From assembly GCA_010093705.1 (NCBI GenBank), contig MU006105.1:62001-113339 (forward strand): a stretch of 51,339 nt of DNA, read 5' to 3'. Below are positions 28,801-41,901 of this stretch, in pieces. A program made the translations under genes and the position numbers. Numbering within the stretch: position 1 is the first letter of the stretch; every line of letters starts with the position of its first letter. This stretch comes from Patellaria atrata CBS 101060 (lineage: Eukaryota). The notes beneath the pieces were generated by a model. That model searched no databases. It saw nothing but the letters and a program-made list of their open reading frames with translations, and had not been told where the DNA came from.

Positions 28801-31800
28801 TATTAATTATAATAAAAGTATTAACTAAATAAAAAAATATATTAATAAAATTATAATAAATTTCTTTTATTATAATTATTAATTATAAAATATTAAAATA
28901 CTTTATTATAAAATAGTTATTTAATATTAAATAAACTTAATAAAGTAAAACTCTTTTTAATTTCTATTTTTAAATTATATATTAACCTAAAATTTAAAAT
29001 ATTATAGTAAATATATTTTTTTATAAATAAAAAGATTTAAAAATAATAAAAGATAAAAATATTATAATATAAACTTAAATATTAATTAATTTAAATATAA
29101 TAATAATATCTTTTTAACTTTTAATAAAATAATAATTACTATTTAAAAAGATATTTTAAAATAATAAAAAATATATAATCTTTAAAAAGAGAATAATAAA
29201 AAATATACTTTAAAATTAAGATTTAAGACTTAGATAATAATAATTAAAATAATAATAATTAAGTTTTTATAAAAAATAAAAAGAGTTAAATTTTAAAATT
29301 AAAAGTTTATAATAATTAAAATTTTAAAAGAAAGAAATAATATATTAAAAAAATATATTAATTTTAACTTTAAATTAAAGTTTATACTTATTTACTCTAT
29401 AATTCTTATTATAATTAAAAAAGAAAAGAAAGTTAAATATAAAATAAAAGAAAAAGAAAATATATTTATAAATTTAAAATAATATATTTAAAATAAATTT
29501 AATTAAAAATAAAAGCTATTAATAATATATTTATTAATAAATTAAATATTAGAAATAAATTAAAAATGTAACTTTTTATTAATATATTAAAAGTAAATTA
29601 AAATTAAAAAAAGATATTAAAAATTATAAAATAATTTATTTATTAAATTTAATAAATTTATAATTTTAAATATAGATAATCTTAAAATATATTTAATATA
29701 AGATATATATAATATATTAATTATAGAATATTTAGAAATTAAGAAGATAAAAAAACTAATTTAAATATAATATTATTAGTTTAAATTAATAGTTAATATA
29801 AATAAATATATTTAAAATTATTATATCTATTATTAAATATATATATTAAAAGATAAAACTTTTAATTTACTAAAATTATTATTAATTAAAAATAAATATT
29901 AGTAATATATTATTTTTAACTTTAAATTATTTTTTAAAGATATATATAAATTTAAAATAATATTTATAATAGTAAATTAATTAGAAAAAAAAGTAATTTT
30001 ATTTTTCTATATTAAAGATATCTTAATTAAAGTAGTTATAAAGCTATATTATAAATATATATAGTAAATATATAATATATTAAAGATAATAATATTAAAT
30101 TATAATTTATAATTTATTTTTATATTTATAAATAAACTTTATAAATTAATAAAAATAAAATAAAAGTTATTTATAATTTATTATTTATAGATAAATAAAA
30201 ATATAAAGATTATTAATTAATATATAAATTTATAGCTTTAATTCTTTATAAATTATTATTAAAGTAATTAATTAAAATTATTATTTATAATAAATTTTAT
30301 TTAAATTATATTAATTTATAAATTAATAGATATTTTCTTTTATAAATTAAAATTTAATTATTAACTATAAATATATTTTAATTAATAAAAGTAAATAAAT
30401 TTTAATATATATAAGATAATTTAAAAAAAAATAAATAAAGAGAAAATTTAACTATTTATAAAATATATTTATAATATTATTAAATAGATAAAAAATAATC
30501 TAGAAAAAATATAAATAATATAAATAAAATTAATTAATAAGTATTAAAGAAAACTAAATTTTAGATTAAAAGATTATATCTTTATTTTATATAAAGATTT
30601 AATATTAAATAAATTAAATATTAAATTAAACTTTTAAAATATAAATTTATATAAAATAATAAAAATAAAAAAGTATTTTTATATAATTAATTTATTTATT
30701 AATATAAAGATATTAAATATATTTTATATAAATAGATTTTATAAAGTATTAATAGACTTATTATTTAGATAATAGTTAAAATTATTATTATTAATCGAAA
30801 TAGATAATAAGTCTAAATATAAAATAAATAAAATTTTAATAAATTATATCTTTTATAATAAATTATAGTATAAAGTAAATTAAATTAAATATAACTTTAA
30901 TAAAATATAATATTTAATTTATAACTTTATTAAAATATTATATAAACTTAAAAAATTTTATAATTAGAAATTAATTAATATTAAACTATTAATTTAATTT
31001 AAAGAATAACTTTAAATCTTTAAATTTAAAATAAAAAATAAAACTATATAATAATAATATTATTATTAAAAGAAAGAAGTCTATATAAATTTTAAAATAT
31101 TATAAATAAATAATAAATTATATTATAAAATATTATTAATATTATTATAAAAATTAAGGCTAATTTCTACTATTAAAAAGAAGATAATATAATAATATAT
31201 TATAATATTAATTTTATATTTTTTATATTAAATATTTAATTTATTTATAAAAGATTTTTATTAAATTAAATATAAAAAAAATCTCTAAATATTAATTAAT
31301 TAAATAAAAGATAGTTAAATTAAAATTTAATAAAATAAAACTATTATATATAAATATTTAATTTATAATATTATTATTTTTTAACTTAATTTTTATACTT
31401 AATAATTAATAATAAAGATAATTAAAATATAATTATTATAATTATATTATATTATTATAATAATATTATATTATTATAATAATATATTTTTTAATTTTTA
31501 TTTAAAATTAAATTTTAATAAATAGTTTTATAATAAAAAATTATTTATAAAATAAAATTAACTATTTTAAATTAAAAAAATAGTTAAATTTAATATAATA
31601 ATAAATTTTATATTCTTTTTAAAATATAAAGAAAATAATAATTTTTAAATAAATAATTATTTTTTTTAATAAAAAATTTTATCTTTAATTATTAAATTAT
31701 TATTTATAAAATAAATATTAATTTTAAAAATATATAAAAAGTTTAAAAATAATATATATTTTATTTTTTATATTTTTTAATAATAGATTTAATCTTTATA

Positions 31801-32589
31801 ATATTAAAAAATAATTAAAAGAAAAATATAATAAAAGTTTAAAATTATATTTTATAAAATATTATAATAATATTATTTATAATATTTTATTTTTTTTCTT
31901 TTATTTTTCTCTTAATATTATAATTTTTAAATAATTTAATAGTTTTTTTAAAATATTTTTCTTTTATAAATAAATATTCTATTTAATTATTATAATTATT
32001 AATTAAATTTATAAAATAAAAAGTTTAAATTTATATATAATTATTTAATTTATTTAATAAAAAAATTAAATATTTAAAATCTTTTAAAATATTTATTAAT
32101 TTATATTATTTATAATTAATTTTATTTTATTAATTAATATTTAATTTAATTAATTTAATTAATTATTTAATTAATATATAAATAATATTAATTATATAAA
32201 TAATTTTATTCTTATTTCTATAAAATTAATATTAAAAGTTATTATTTAAATATAAAAGTAAATTATAATAAATATAAATTATATATTTTTATAAAAATTT
32301 ATTTATTTATTAATTAATTTTAAATTTTTATATATATATATAATAATTTATTAAAAATAAAATATAATAATTAAATTAATTATATAAATTATAATTTCTT
32401 TTTAATAAAACTTTAATAATAATTTTATTAATAATAATATTTTTAAAAGTAATTATTTAAAAAGAATTAAATTTAAAAATTTAATAATTATTATTTTTAA
32501 ACTTTTTAAATAAGAAATTAATAATTTTAAATAATAATATATCTTTTTTTAATTATAAATTTTAATTAAATAATAATATAATTTTTTAA

Positions 32590-33085
32590 TTTTAAATAAT
32601 ATATTATAATTTTTAAATAATATTTTATAATTTTTAAATAATATTTTATAGTTTTTAAATAATATTTTATATAAAACTATTAATTCTTTAAATATTAAAT
32701 TAATAGTTTTAAAAGAAAAAGATTAAATAATAAAATTTATTATTAAATAAATAAATATTAATTAATTTAAAATAATAATAAAAATATTAATATAAAATAT
32801 TAATTTAAAATAAAATATTAAATTATATTAAAATAAATTTTTAATAAAATATAAATTTATAATATTTTATTTATTTTATTTATTTTCTTTTTAATTTAAT
32901 ATTATTATTAATTTTTTAATATATAATTTATATTTTTTTTAATAATTATAAATTAAATAATTATATTTAATAATTTATAATTTATAATTTTATAATTTTT
33001 AAATAATATTTTATAATTTTTAAATAATATTTTATAATCTTTAAATAATATTTTATAATCTTTAAATAATATTTTATAATTTTTA
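32590..33085. repeat. Two clusters of a 21-bp tandem repeat (~32590-32670 and ~32990-33085)
   Basis: Unit TTTTTAAATAATATTTTATAA, about 4 copies per cluster. Confidence 0.7.
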
Positions 33086-34265
33086 GAAATTAAGATAAAA
33101 TCTTTTAATAATATTAAAATATTATAAAAAAAATTTTATAATCTTTTTAAATATATAGAAATATTTTTTTAAAGTTTCTTTATAAACTTTTTATAAAATT
33201 TTAAATAATTTAAATAATTATTTAATTATTTAATAATTATTTTAATAAATATTTAAATATATAAAAATAAATAAATAATAATATATATATTTAATAAATA
33301 ATATATATATTTAATAAATAATTATATTAAAAAAATAATATTAATAATTAATATAAAATAATATAAAATATATTTAATTATTTTTTCTATTAAAATTATT
33401 TATTTAATATTATTTAAAAAATTAATAGTTTTATATTTTTTATTATTAATAAATTTATTAAAATAAATAAATTAAATTATCTTTTAATTTATAAACTATA
33501 TAATAGAAAATAAATATTAAAAATATATAATATAATTTTAAATTTTCTAAATATAATAATAAATTATATAAATATTCTATTATAATAAAATATAAAAATA
33601 TTATACTTTAATTTTAATATAAATTATATATATTAGATAAAAGAAATATATTCTTTTTATTTAATATATATAAGTTAATATAAAATATTCTTATTTATTA
33701 AAAAGAAATTAATATTAAAAGTTTAAAATAAAATTCTTTCTATTAAATATATTAAAGATAAAAAATAATTTTTTATTTTTTATTAAAGAAAAATATTATA
33801 TTAAATTAAAAGTAATAATATATATATTTATTTAAAATAAAGTTAGTAAATATTAAATTATAATAAATTATAATTTATAATAATAAAAATTTAGTTTAAA
33901 GTTATAAAATAAACTAGATTTATAAATATATAAAATATATTACTTAATTTATAACTATTAAAAGAAATATAAATTATATATTAAATAGTTAATAATAATA
34001 TTAGATTAAAAAGAGAATAATTAAAATATTATAAATTTATACTTTTATTAAAGATTTATTTTAATATAATTTAATATTTTATTTTAAATTACTATTTTAT
34101 ACTATTATTTTTATCACTATTTTATACTAGTTAATATATATTTAAGGGTTTTATTTAGATTATATATAGTTTTAAAGCGTGTATAATTATTTATTAAAAT
34201 TTAATTATTAAAATATATATATTTAAAGAATAATAAGGATTACTTTTTACTTTATTACTATTAAT

Positions 34266-35229
34266 ATAACTTTAATTAAGGCTATATTTAAAAGTTTAAA
34301 GCTTTAAAATATTCTTAATATAATATAAATTATAAAAGAGTATAATTATAATTATATAATATTATCGCGGCGTTTTTATAATATCACTATTTTTTATAAA
34401 ATAATAATTAAAAACTCTAAATTAATAATTAAGATATAATTTAAAATATTTATTAAATATATTAATTAATTAATTAATTATATTTTTCCTTTTATATTTA
34501 TAATTATACGAAATTTAGTCGATTATATTATTAAAAAAAGATTTAAAAATAACTAAATTATAAAATAATATAAATATTATAAAGATTAATTTAAATTTAG
34601 TTATTTTAGTTCTATTAATTTAATTTATTATAAAATCGATTAAAGATTATTTTATAAGCTTTATTTTAAACTTCTTAAATATAAGCTCGATAAGTTTAAT
34701 ATTTTATTAGAAAATATATATAATATAGATAAAAAGAGCTTCCTTATAAATATACTTAAAAAATTATATAAGATTTATAATAAAGCTACTTTTAAAAATA
34801 GAAAAGTTAAAGAAATTATATAAAATAAAAATTAAAAGTAAATTATAATTTTAGTTACTATTTATATAGATAAAATAATTATCTCTTCTAAAATTATCTA
34901 TCCCTTAATATTAAAAGCGATATAAAATATATAATTAAAAAATTATTAATTAAAAAAGTAAAAGTATTTTTTTACTACTTTACTAATAAAATAGACTAAT
35001 AATAAGTTTAAATTAAGGTAATTAAAGACTATTTTTAACTATTCTATTAAAATTAAAGTTAATTAAGTTTAAAGACTTTTTATTATTAATAGTTATAACT
35101 TTTATATTAATATATCTTTTTTAAAGTATTATATAAATAATAAGATTATATTAGTTAATTATTCTTTTTATTTTATATATAAATTATAACTCTTTAATAT
35201 CTTCTTATTTTCTCCTCTTATTATATATT
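34266..35229 (+). pseudogene. pogo/Fot1 DDE transposase, N-terminal part (RIP-inactivated)
   Basis: De-RIP reading gives MAPIEAAL...TLSRRFRG (HTH), YNMDEKGF (~34718) and RLLIIDGHGSH...PPHSTHRLQPLDV (~35072-35200). Confidence 0.88.
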
Positions 35230-35853
35230 TATTATAACGGGAGTTTATACTTATTAAGATAGAACTAGATAAGTCTAGAAACGCGCCTAGCTTCTCACTT
35301 AACGTGGTTAACTATAAAGGTAGGTTCGGTAAAGTGATAGGATACGTATAATAAAGGCACTTTAAGTTATCGATATAACTTGCTAACTCCTTAACTTCAG
35401 GTACTACTCACAATGAGATAAGACGTACTATATAGAAATAGTGTAATAAGTGAAGTTAAGTTTAAAACCGTAATATCCAAATCTATAGGTAAGATTGATA
35501 GTAAGAATAACTACGAAGAATCTAAATATATAAGGGAAAGACCGTCCTTAAATATTCCTATCCTCTATAGTCAATTTGGGGTGCTCACACCCTTTTAGAC
35601 GTGGTGGCCGTTCTAGACGTGGATCTCCTTCTACGTCCTTTACGTCCACTACGTCTATAACCTGGACGTCCTGGACGTGGTGGACGTGGATCCCCCTTTG
35701 CGTCCTTTGCGTCCATTGCGTCCACAGTTTCTAGTCACGTGACCCCTTGTTNNNNNNNNNNNNNNNNNNNNNNNNNNNNNNNNNNNNNNNNNNNNNNNNN
35801 NNNNNNNNNNNNNNNNNNNNNNNNNNNNNNNNNNNNNNNNNNNNNNNNNNNAG

Positions 35854-36423
35854 ATGCCTCGAACTGAATCTCGCGCAGTTCGTCGTCGGCGTCTCGCAGC
35901 CCAAATTGTGTCCTCCGGTCGACTAATGCCCACTCCCTATTCAACCTGTCGCCGTCAGTCTCGCACTTGCCGTCTCGATCTCTCTTCCGGCTTCTGTTCT
36001 AAGTGTGTGGCTCGTGGTTCAAAATGCGACCTTATGGTGACACAAAAGGACTAGGACAAGCTGAACGCTTCGCGATCTGAGCTTCGTCGTAAGCTCGCTG
36101 AGGCGCGAGTTTCCCGTGACAACGCACACGCCCGGATGTTGGAGGCTTTCGCTCGTGAGGAGCGATTAATGCAGCAGCTCCAACTTCTCGATCAGAAGGA
36201 GGGCGAAATGATTCGTCGTGAGCTTGGTTCCATCGAGGAACTTGAGGCTTTGGAGCGAGCAGCCGAAGGGCAGCAAGCTTCCTCGGTCGCTCCTTCTTCC
36301 TCCGCTGTCGTGTCTCCCTCTAGTTGGTCTAGTTTGGATTTCCCTGCCCTCGAGGGTCTAGAATTCCCTGGTTTTGGCGATGAAACTGTTCAAGTTTCTG
36401 ATCGCAGTTCGTCAAGTGCTTGA
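35854..36423 (+). pseudogene. Antisense ORF of the retrotransposon: 189-aa Zn(II)2Cys6 + coiled coil + acidic/Ser tail, one RIP-type stop
   Basis: ORF-track ORFs 35854-36054 and 36136-36423 share a frame and are separated only by TAG at 36052 (from TGG). With TAT>TGT at 35938 the motif reads C-ST-C-RRQSRT-C-RLDLSSGF-C-SK-C-VARGSK-C, fitting CX2CX6CX5-12CX2CX6-8C. Confidence 0.85.
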
Positions 36424-39400
36424 GTGGTTCCCACGTGTTATCTACGTGTTCGTAGCCTTTCCATTTTACTAAATACTTGTACTGACCATTTACTCGTTGC
36501 AGGTCCAAGATTCGTTCTACCTCGTAGATATCTTCTTCCTCGAGTTCTATAGGTCGTGTTTAGAGTTTAGCATTAGCAGGTGCTAGTTCTAGGAGTGATA
36601 TATGGAAAACTAGGTGTATCTTCATTCCTTATAGTAATTCTAACTTATAATTGACTTTTCCTTTAACCTGTTTAATTCTAAAGGGGCCGATTTTCTTATA
36701 GTCTAGTTTCTTGTTAGGTCGTTTTGTTTTAAGGTTTTTCTATAACAAGTAAACTTTATCCCCCTTTTTAAAGGTCGGTTCTAGCGACCTATACTGATTA
36801 CTGTACTTCGTAGCCCTTATCGTCTAGAAAGCTATATCTCGTGATAACTATACGTGTAATTCCTTAATTTACTCTACTTTTAACGTTACTTCTTATAAAA
36901 TGCTCTAAACTGTTCTCGGCTCACGATATGCTTCCGGTTCAAAACCATAGTTCGTATAGAAGGGTGAAACCTTCGTAGTATCGGATTTCGCGCTATTATA
37001 TGCGAATTATACTATTAGTAATAGCTCTACCCAGTTATTCTACTAGTAATTTATATAATTGCGTAAGTATTACTCTAGAGATTAATTCATTCTCTTAGTT
37101 TAGCTATCCGTTTATAGGTGAAAGCTCGTTAATAGCTTATAGTTTATCTCTAGACCCTATACTAGAGTTTACTAAAACGCTAATTTAAATAGTTTATCTC
37201 TATCTAAGATAATCTCTCTCGGTATCTAGTGATTTACTAGCACTATTTTTATCACTAATACTGCTACTTATAGTGCTATCATCGTTATCTTTACTAGTAT
37301 AAAGTAGGTGAACTTTATTAGTCGTTCTACGATAACTAATATCACGTTATACTCTACTCCTATTACTAGATCTTTAGATCCTAGTAGACCTATAATAAAG
37401 TCTATCGTTATTAAGTCCTATACTCGCTTTAGTGGCTTAATATATTATATCTATCTATAAGGTGCGTGTTTAGCACTCTTATTTCGTGCGTAGTCGTTAC
37501 ACTCTAAAATGACTTACTTTACTATACCTCTTACTCCTAGGAAATAGTAATTCCTTAGGATCCTTTCTAAGGTTTTATTAATACCTTAGTGACTATATAC
37601 TAGTGCTTTATAGATCTCTTTAGTAAGAGTCTTTCGTAGTGTTATTAATATATATACGAGCCTGTCGTATAGTTATATTCCTTAAGCTATTTATATTACC
37701 CTAGAGTCGTTACCCCTTCGGAACTCCTCTATTATACTATTCTTCTAATAGATATCACGAATTTATTATTCTCTCGTGGATTCGATTATTAGCATTATAG
37801 CTAATCTTAGCTAGTTATAGGTGATCGCGTTATTTTCTTTCTTTAGTACCGCGTTATATACCGGTTTCGTTCTTTCTAGGTAGTCGGATCTTCTACTTAT
37901 AGTATCGGCTAGTTTATTTTCGACTTCTAGTCTATAGAATATCTTAAAGTTAAAAGATACGAGTGTTTCTACCTATCTTACTTATCTTCGATTTAACTTC
38001 TTTATTATAAGGAAGTTTATTAGGTTTTAATAGTCTAACTAAACTTTTACAGTGAACTTAGGTCCTTTAAGGTATAACCTCCACTATTCGAATACGTCGA
38101 CAATCGCTAATAATTCCTTATCGTGTATATCGTAGTTTAGCTCTACGGCCGTGAACTTTCGCGAATAAAAGGCTATTAGGTGTAGTCGTCCTTTCTTATC
38201 TAGCTAACTTATATATACACCTAGTATATAGTTAGATACGTTAGTTTCTAGTACTATCAATTTCTCTAGGTCGAACATAACTAGGATAGGTGCTATAGTG
38301 AACTTTTTCTTAAGTTCGTCGAATACTTCCTATACCTTCTCTATCTAAGTAAAGGTATTTTCCTTCTTTATTAATTCTGATAGCGGCGTTATCACCTTCG
38401 AGTACCCTTAGATGAACTTTCTATAGTAGTTCGCGAAGCCTAAGAACGATTATACGTCTTTTACACTTTTTAAAGTAGGCTAGTCTTTAACCGCGGCTAT
38501 TTTCTTCAGGTCTACTCGTATACCTTTAGTGGTAACGATAAAGCCTAGGAATTCCGTTTCTTTAATATAGAATTCACATTTTTCTAGGTGTACTAGGAGT
38601 CTCTTTTCTCTTAATTTCCTTAATACTTTCTTTACGTGCTCCCTATACTCTTCGAGTGTTCCGTTCGTATACACTAGTATATTATCTAGGTAAGTAGTTA
38701 TAAATACGTCTAAATACTCTTTTAGTGTATAATTGATTACTACTTAGAATGTTACTAGGGCGTTAATTAAGCCGAATAGTATTACTATATATTCGTATAG
38801 TCCGAACCTCGTTCTTATAGCTATCTTCCATTCTTCGCCTTCTTTCATTCTAATTCGATAGTAACCGTCTCGGATATCGAATTTCGTAAACCATTTTACT
38901 CCTTATAACCTATCCTAGATTTCTAAGATTAAGGGTAATAGGTATCTATTCTTGACCGTGGCATCGTTTAGCTATCTATAGTCGATATATAATCTTAGCT
39001 TACTATTCTTCTTTAGTATAAATAGAATCGGTGAAGCTATCGGGCTTTCACTAGGTCGTATATATCCCTTTTCTAAGTTAGTGCGGATATATTCTTCGAG
39101 TGCTTTATATTATTCTCTTATTAACGGGTAAATCGGACCGGGTCGTAGTTTCGCACCCTCCTTTAGCACTATTTCATGATCCCACGTCTAGTGATCCGGA
39201 AGTATAGTCGCTATATCTTCCTTAAACAAATCTTTGAACTCGCTATACTCTTCGGGTATCTTAGGTTCTTTAGAAACCTTCTTAGCGTCTATTTTCCTAA
39301 GCTATACTACTCCTACGCTCTTAGGTTTATTTCTATAGATCTTTATTATCTTATAGTGCGAAATACGTCCTACGGATATACTAGCGTCCGTCTACTTAAT

Positions 39401-39874
39401 ACGTCCTATTCGCTTAACTCTATCCTTTCGTGAGGTGTCTTAGTCAATCTAGATACTTCTCGTCTTCCAGTCAATATCTAGGTTCACTGTTTACAATTAG
39501 TCTATCCCTAGAATCATATCTACATCTCCTAGGTCGGTTATAGGGATGCGCTAAGTAGTTACCTTCCCTTATACGTTAACTTCTACCGGTATAGTCCTAA
39601 AGTTGATTAGACCTCGTCTATATCCTATTCCTTCGCCATTTCCTAGTCGCAACGGGACTGGATTTTCAAGTTTCGTGTAAGGTATACTCTTCTTTTCTAC
39701 CCATCGGGGTGAGATGAACGAATCGATGGCGCCGCTATCAACTAGCGCTGTCGTTCTTTTGCCGTGTATGGTAACATCTACCCAAAGCGTCCTATCGTTG
39801 CTTCGTAGGGTTTTGAGGAACTTAGGAGCCATACTTCTCGATCGTTCCTGTCTCGAGTGGCTTAGTAGTTTTTT
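36329..39874 (-). pseudogene. pol: pol polyprotein (PR-RT-RH-IN-chromodomain) with many RIP stops
   Basis: ALVDSGA protease motif, YLD(N<D)ILVY at ~38670-38693, and chromodomain [25 protein letters not shown] at ~36420-36530. The segments checked are in one frame. Confidence 0.92.
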
Positions 39875-41901
39875 GCGTAGCCATGTACTGGGCAACCGGA
39901 TTCCACGCACACGGTCCAGTGTAGTCTATCGTGTCGGTCGTAGTATGGACCTTTACGATATTCCTCGCATTCCAATTCTCGACATTCTCGTTTAATAACT
40001 GCGTTATGACTTGGGTTACTTTTGATTCCTGCTCTCCATCTTTGCGCGGTATAGTAATCGCACCATATCCCTCTAATAGCGCATTGCCCAAAGTCTGTCG
40101 CGTCATATCTAGTGGCTTGCTCGATAGTTTCCCTTTCGTCTCTAAGCGCTTCTATTTCCTATAGGAACACTTTTCCTTTATAGAACTCTTCTTCTAATCC
40201 TCTATAGTACTAGCAATCTATGCTATATTCGCAATCTACCCACGTTACTACTACACATTCTACGTGGATTAGCGCCTAGTAATGTCGTCTACACCTAAGT
40301 TTATCTATACAATTGAAACTGTCGTACTTCCCATAGTCGCCTACTGGTGGTTCGAGTCCTCGATTCTTTTTAAGTGTTTTCGTTTCACCTTCGTGTGTTT
40401 TGCACCCTTTTACCTGGCACTCGCTTTCAGGTAAATGTATATATATAGGGTCTCGGTCCCTGAACTTTGCTATAGCCCTCTACTATTTATAGTATAAACA
40501 GTCACCCTCTTTACATTGTATCCATCGAAAGGCTAAACAGTCTTCTACCCTTGGTGCAAGGTTCAGTTGTTGTTCTTCGCTCGCATCGGTATTGGGTTCG
40601 GGTTCGATCGGTTCCCAATCTTGAAATTCTTGTTCGAGCCGTTGTTGTTGTTCCATAATCCGGTACGTGAGGCCTAGTCCGTCAGATGTTTGTACTCTGA
40701 TTCTCTAACCTTGATTCTGTGCTGGGCATTCTAATGCTGTGTGTGTACATATGTTTCCACACGCCCAACATTGTTGGTTGTCTAAACGTTGTCGGAGTGT
40801 CTCCTCCTCCAGCCAGTTTCCTGCTGTTGGGAACGGCGTTGGTGGCCTGCTCACCCCCGTCTAGTATGGTAGCGGCATTTCCTCAATCTCTTCTTCTTCA
40901 AGCGATGAGACTGGTGATGGTGGTGTCAGGTGCATGACTCTGAGTTGCATACGTCGGTTGTGTCGCGAGGATGGTTGCGTCTTCTATGGGCAGTCTCTCT
41001 TGAAATGTCCCACTTCTCCGCATTGTAGATATGCTCTATTCGTAAAGCGCTCTTTTTCTTCTTAGGTGAACTGTCGTTGTTTCTTTGGCTTCTTTTGTTT
41101 TGTTTGTTGTAGTCGGTCGAGGTCCATCGGGTCCCCCTGATCTTGTCTATTCGTGGCCCTTGTTACCTTCTTTCTGTATCTAACCACAACATTCTTCCGT
41201 CCTCCCTTTTCCTATCTACGCTCGTATAACCTGTTATCTATTCTAACTGCTAAGGTCACTGCGTCCTGCATTGTTGTTGGTCTCTCATAATGAACCCACT
41301 CGTCCTTCACTTCCTCCTTCAAACCTTGATAGAAAGCGATCATCAGTGGTTCATCAGGCTAACCCAATGTTGATGCTGCCTGCTAGAATGTAGTCGCATA
41401 CTTCGAAGCTGACCCTTTCTGCCTGAGTCCTTGAAGCTTTCTTTCTGCTGCCTGTTGTTCGTCGACTTCCCCAAAGACGTTCTTGAGCGTCTCTTCGAAC
41501 CTTGGAAACGACTTGAAGATCTCCACTGTTTCGTCTTCCTGGTGTTCTTCACTGTTCTCAAGATAGTCTCGTGCAATGGGTTCGAACCATTCCAAAGCGT
41601 CTCCTTTAAGGTACGCTGATGCATCGAGTACACGTTCACTATCGTCCGTTAGCCCTATTCTTTTATGATAGATCCTCACCTGGGTCAAGAATCCTCTCAG
41701 CTCGTCTCGTTTACCATCGTATGGTGCGGGTTCTTTGACTTTCGCGGTTCGCTTTTGTGGTGAGAGCAACTGTACGGTAAGTTGTTCGAGCTGGTCCCTA
41801 AGTTCTTGAACTGTCCCTTCGTTTTCGAGTTCGCTGATGCGTTTGTACAACGCTTGGATATGTTCTTTATCCGTCTTCGTGTTGGCTGCGGCTGACGACA
41901 T
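39862..41901 (-). pseudogene. gag: gag, 679 codons, with a few in-frame RIP-type TAG stops
   Basis: Retrotrans-gag motifs (YDGKRDELRGFL, YLKGDALEWF, LRQKGSASKY, FYQGLKEEVKD, GDPMDLD) and CCHC knuckle (C)LQCGEVGHFKRDC. The frame is continuous to TAA at 39862-39864. Confidence 0.9.
39868..39874 (-). promoter_or_regulatory. Candidate -1 ribosomal frameshift heptamer A AAA AAC at the gag/pol junction
   Basis: gag ends GCA AAA AAC TAC TAA. The protease frame is -1 relative to gag, and the heptamer fits X XXY YYZ. Confidence 0.75.

Larger units (their letters stand above)
17887..31459 (+). mobile_element. Family A copy 5 (5' end lost at the gap; 3' LTR 31188-31459), interrupted by family B copy 1
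   Basis: 17887-18533 and 25875-31459 are colinear with ~4800-11096 of copy 3 but more heavily RIP-mutated; 272-bp 3' LTR present. Confidence 0.9.
1..35229. other. AT-rich, RIP-degenerated repeat block (transposon graveyard)
   Basis: Almost no C/G and a large TpA excess; the ORF track lists no ORF in 35 kb. Differences from less-mutated copies of the same repeats in this window are overwhelmingly C>T/G>A. Confidence 0.95.

Noticed and set aside
1..35229. Mitochondrial DNA or NUMT explanation for the extreme AT content
   Set aside because: The sequence aligns to nuclear transposons in the same window by C>T/G>A changes, and no mitochondrial gene was recognised. A centromeric location is possible but cannot be shown from sequence.
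35655..35944. Two minus-strand ORFs spanning Ns
   Set aside because: Artefacts of reading through the 100-N assembly gap.
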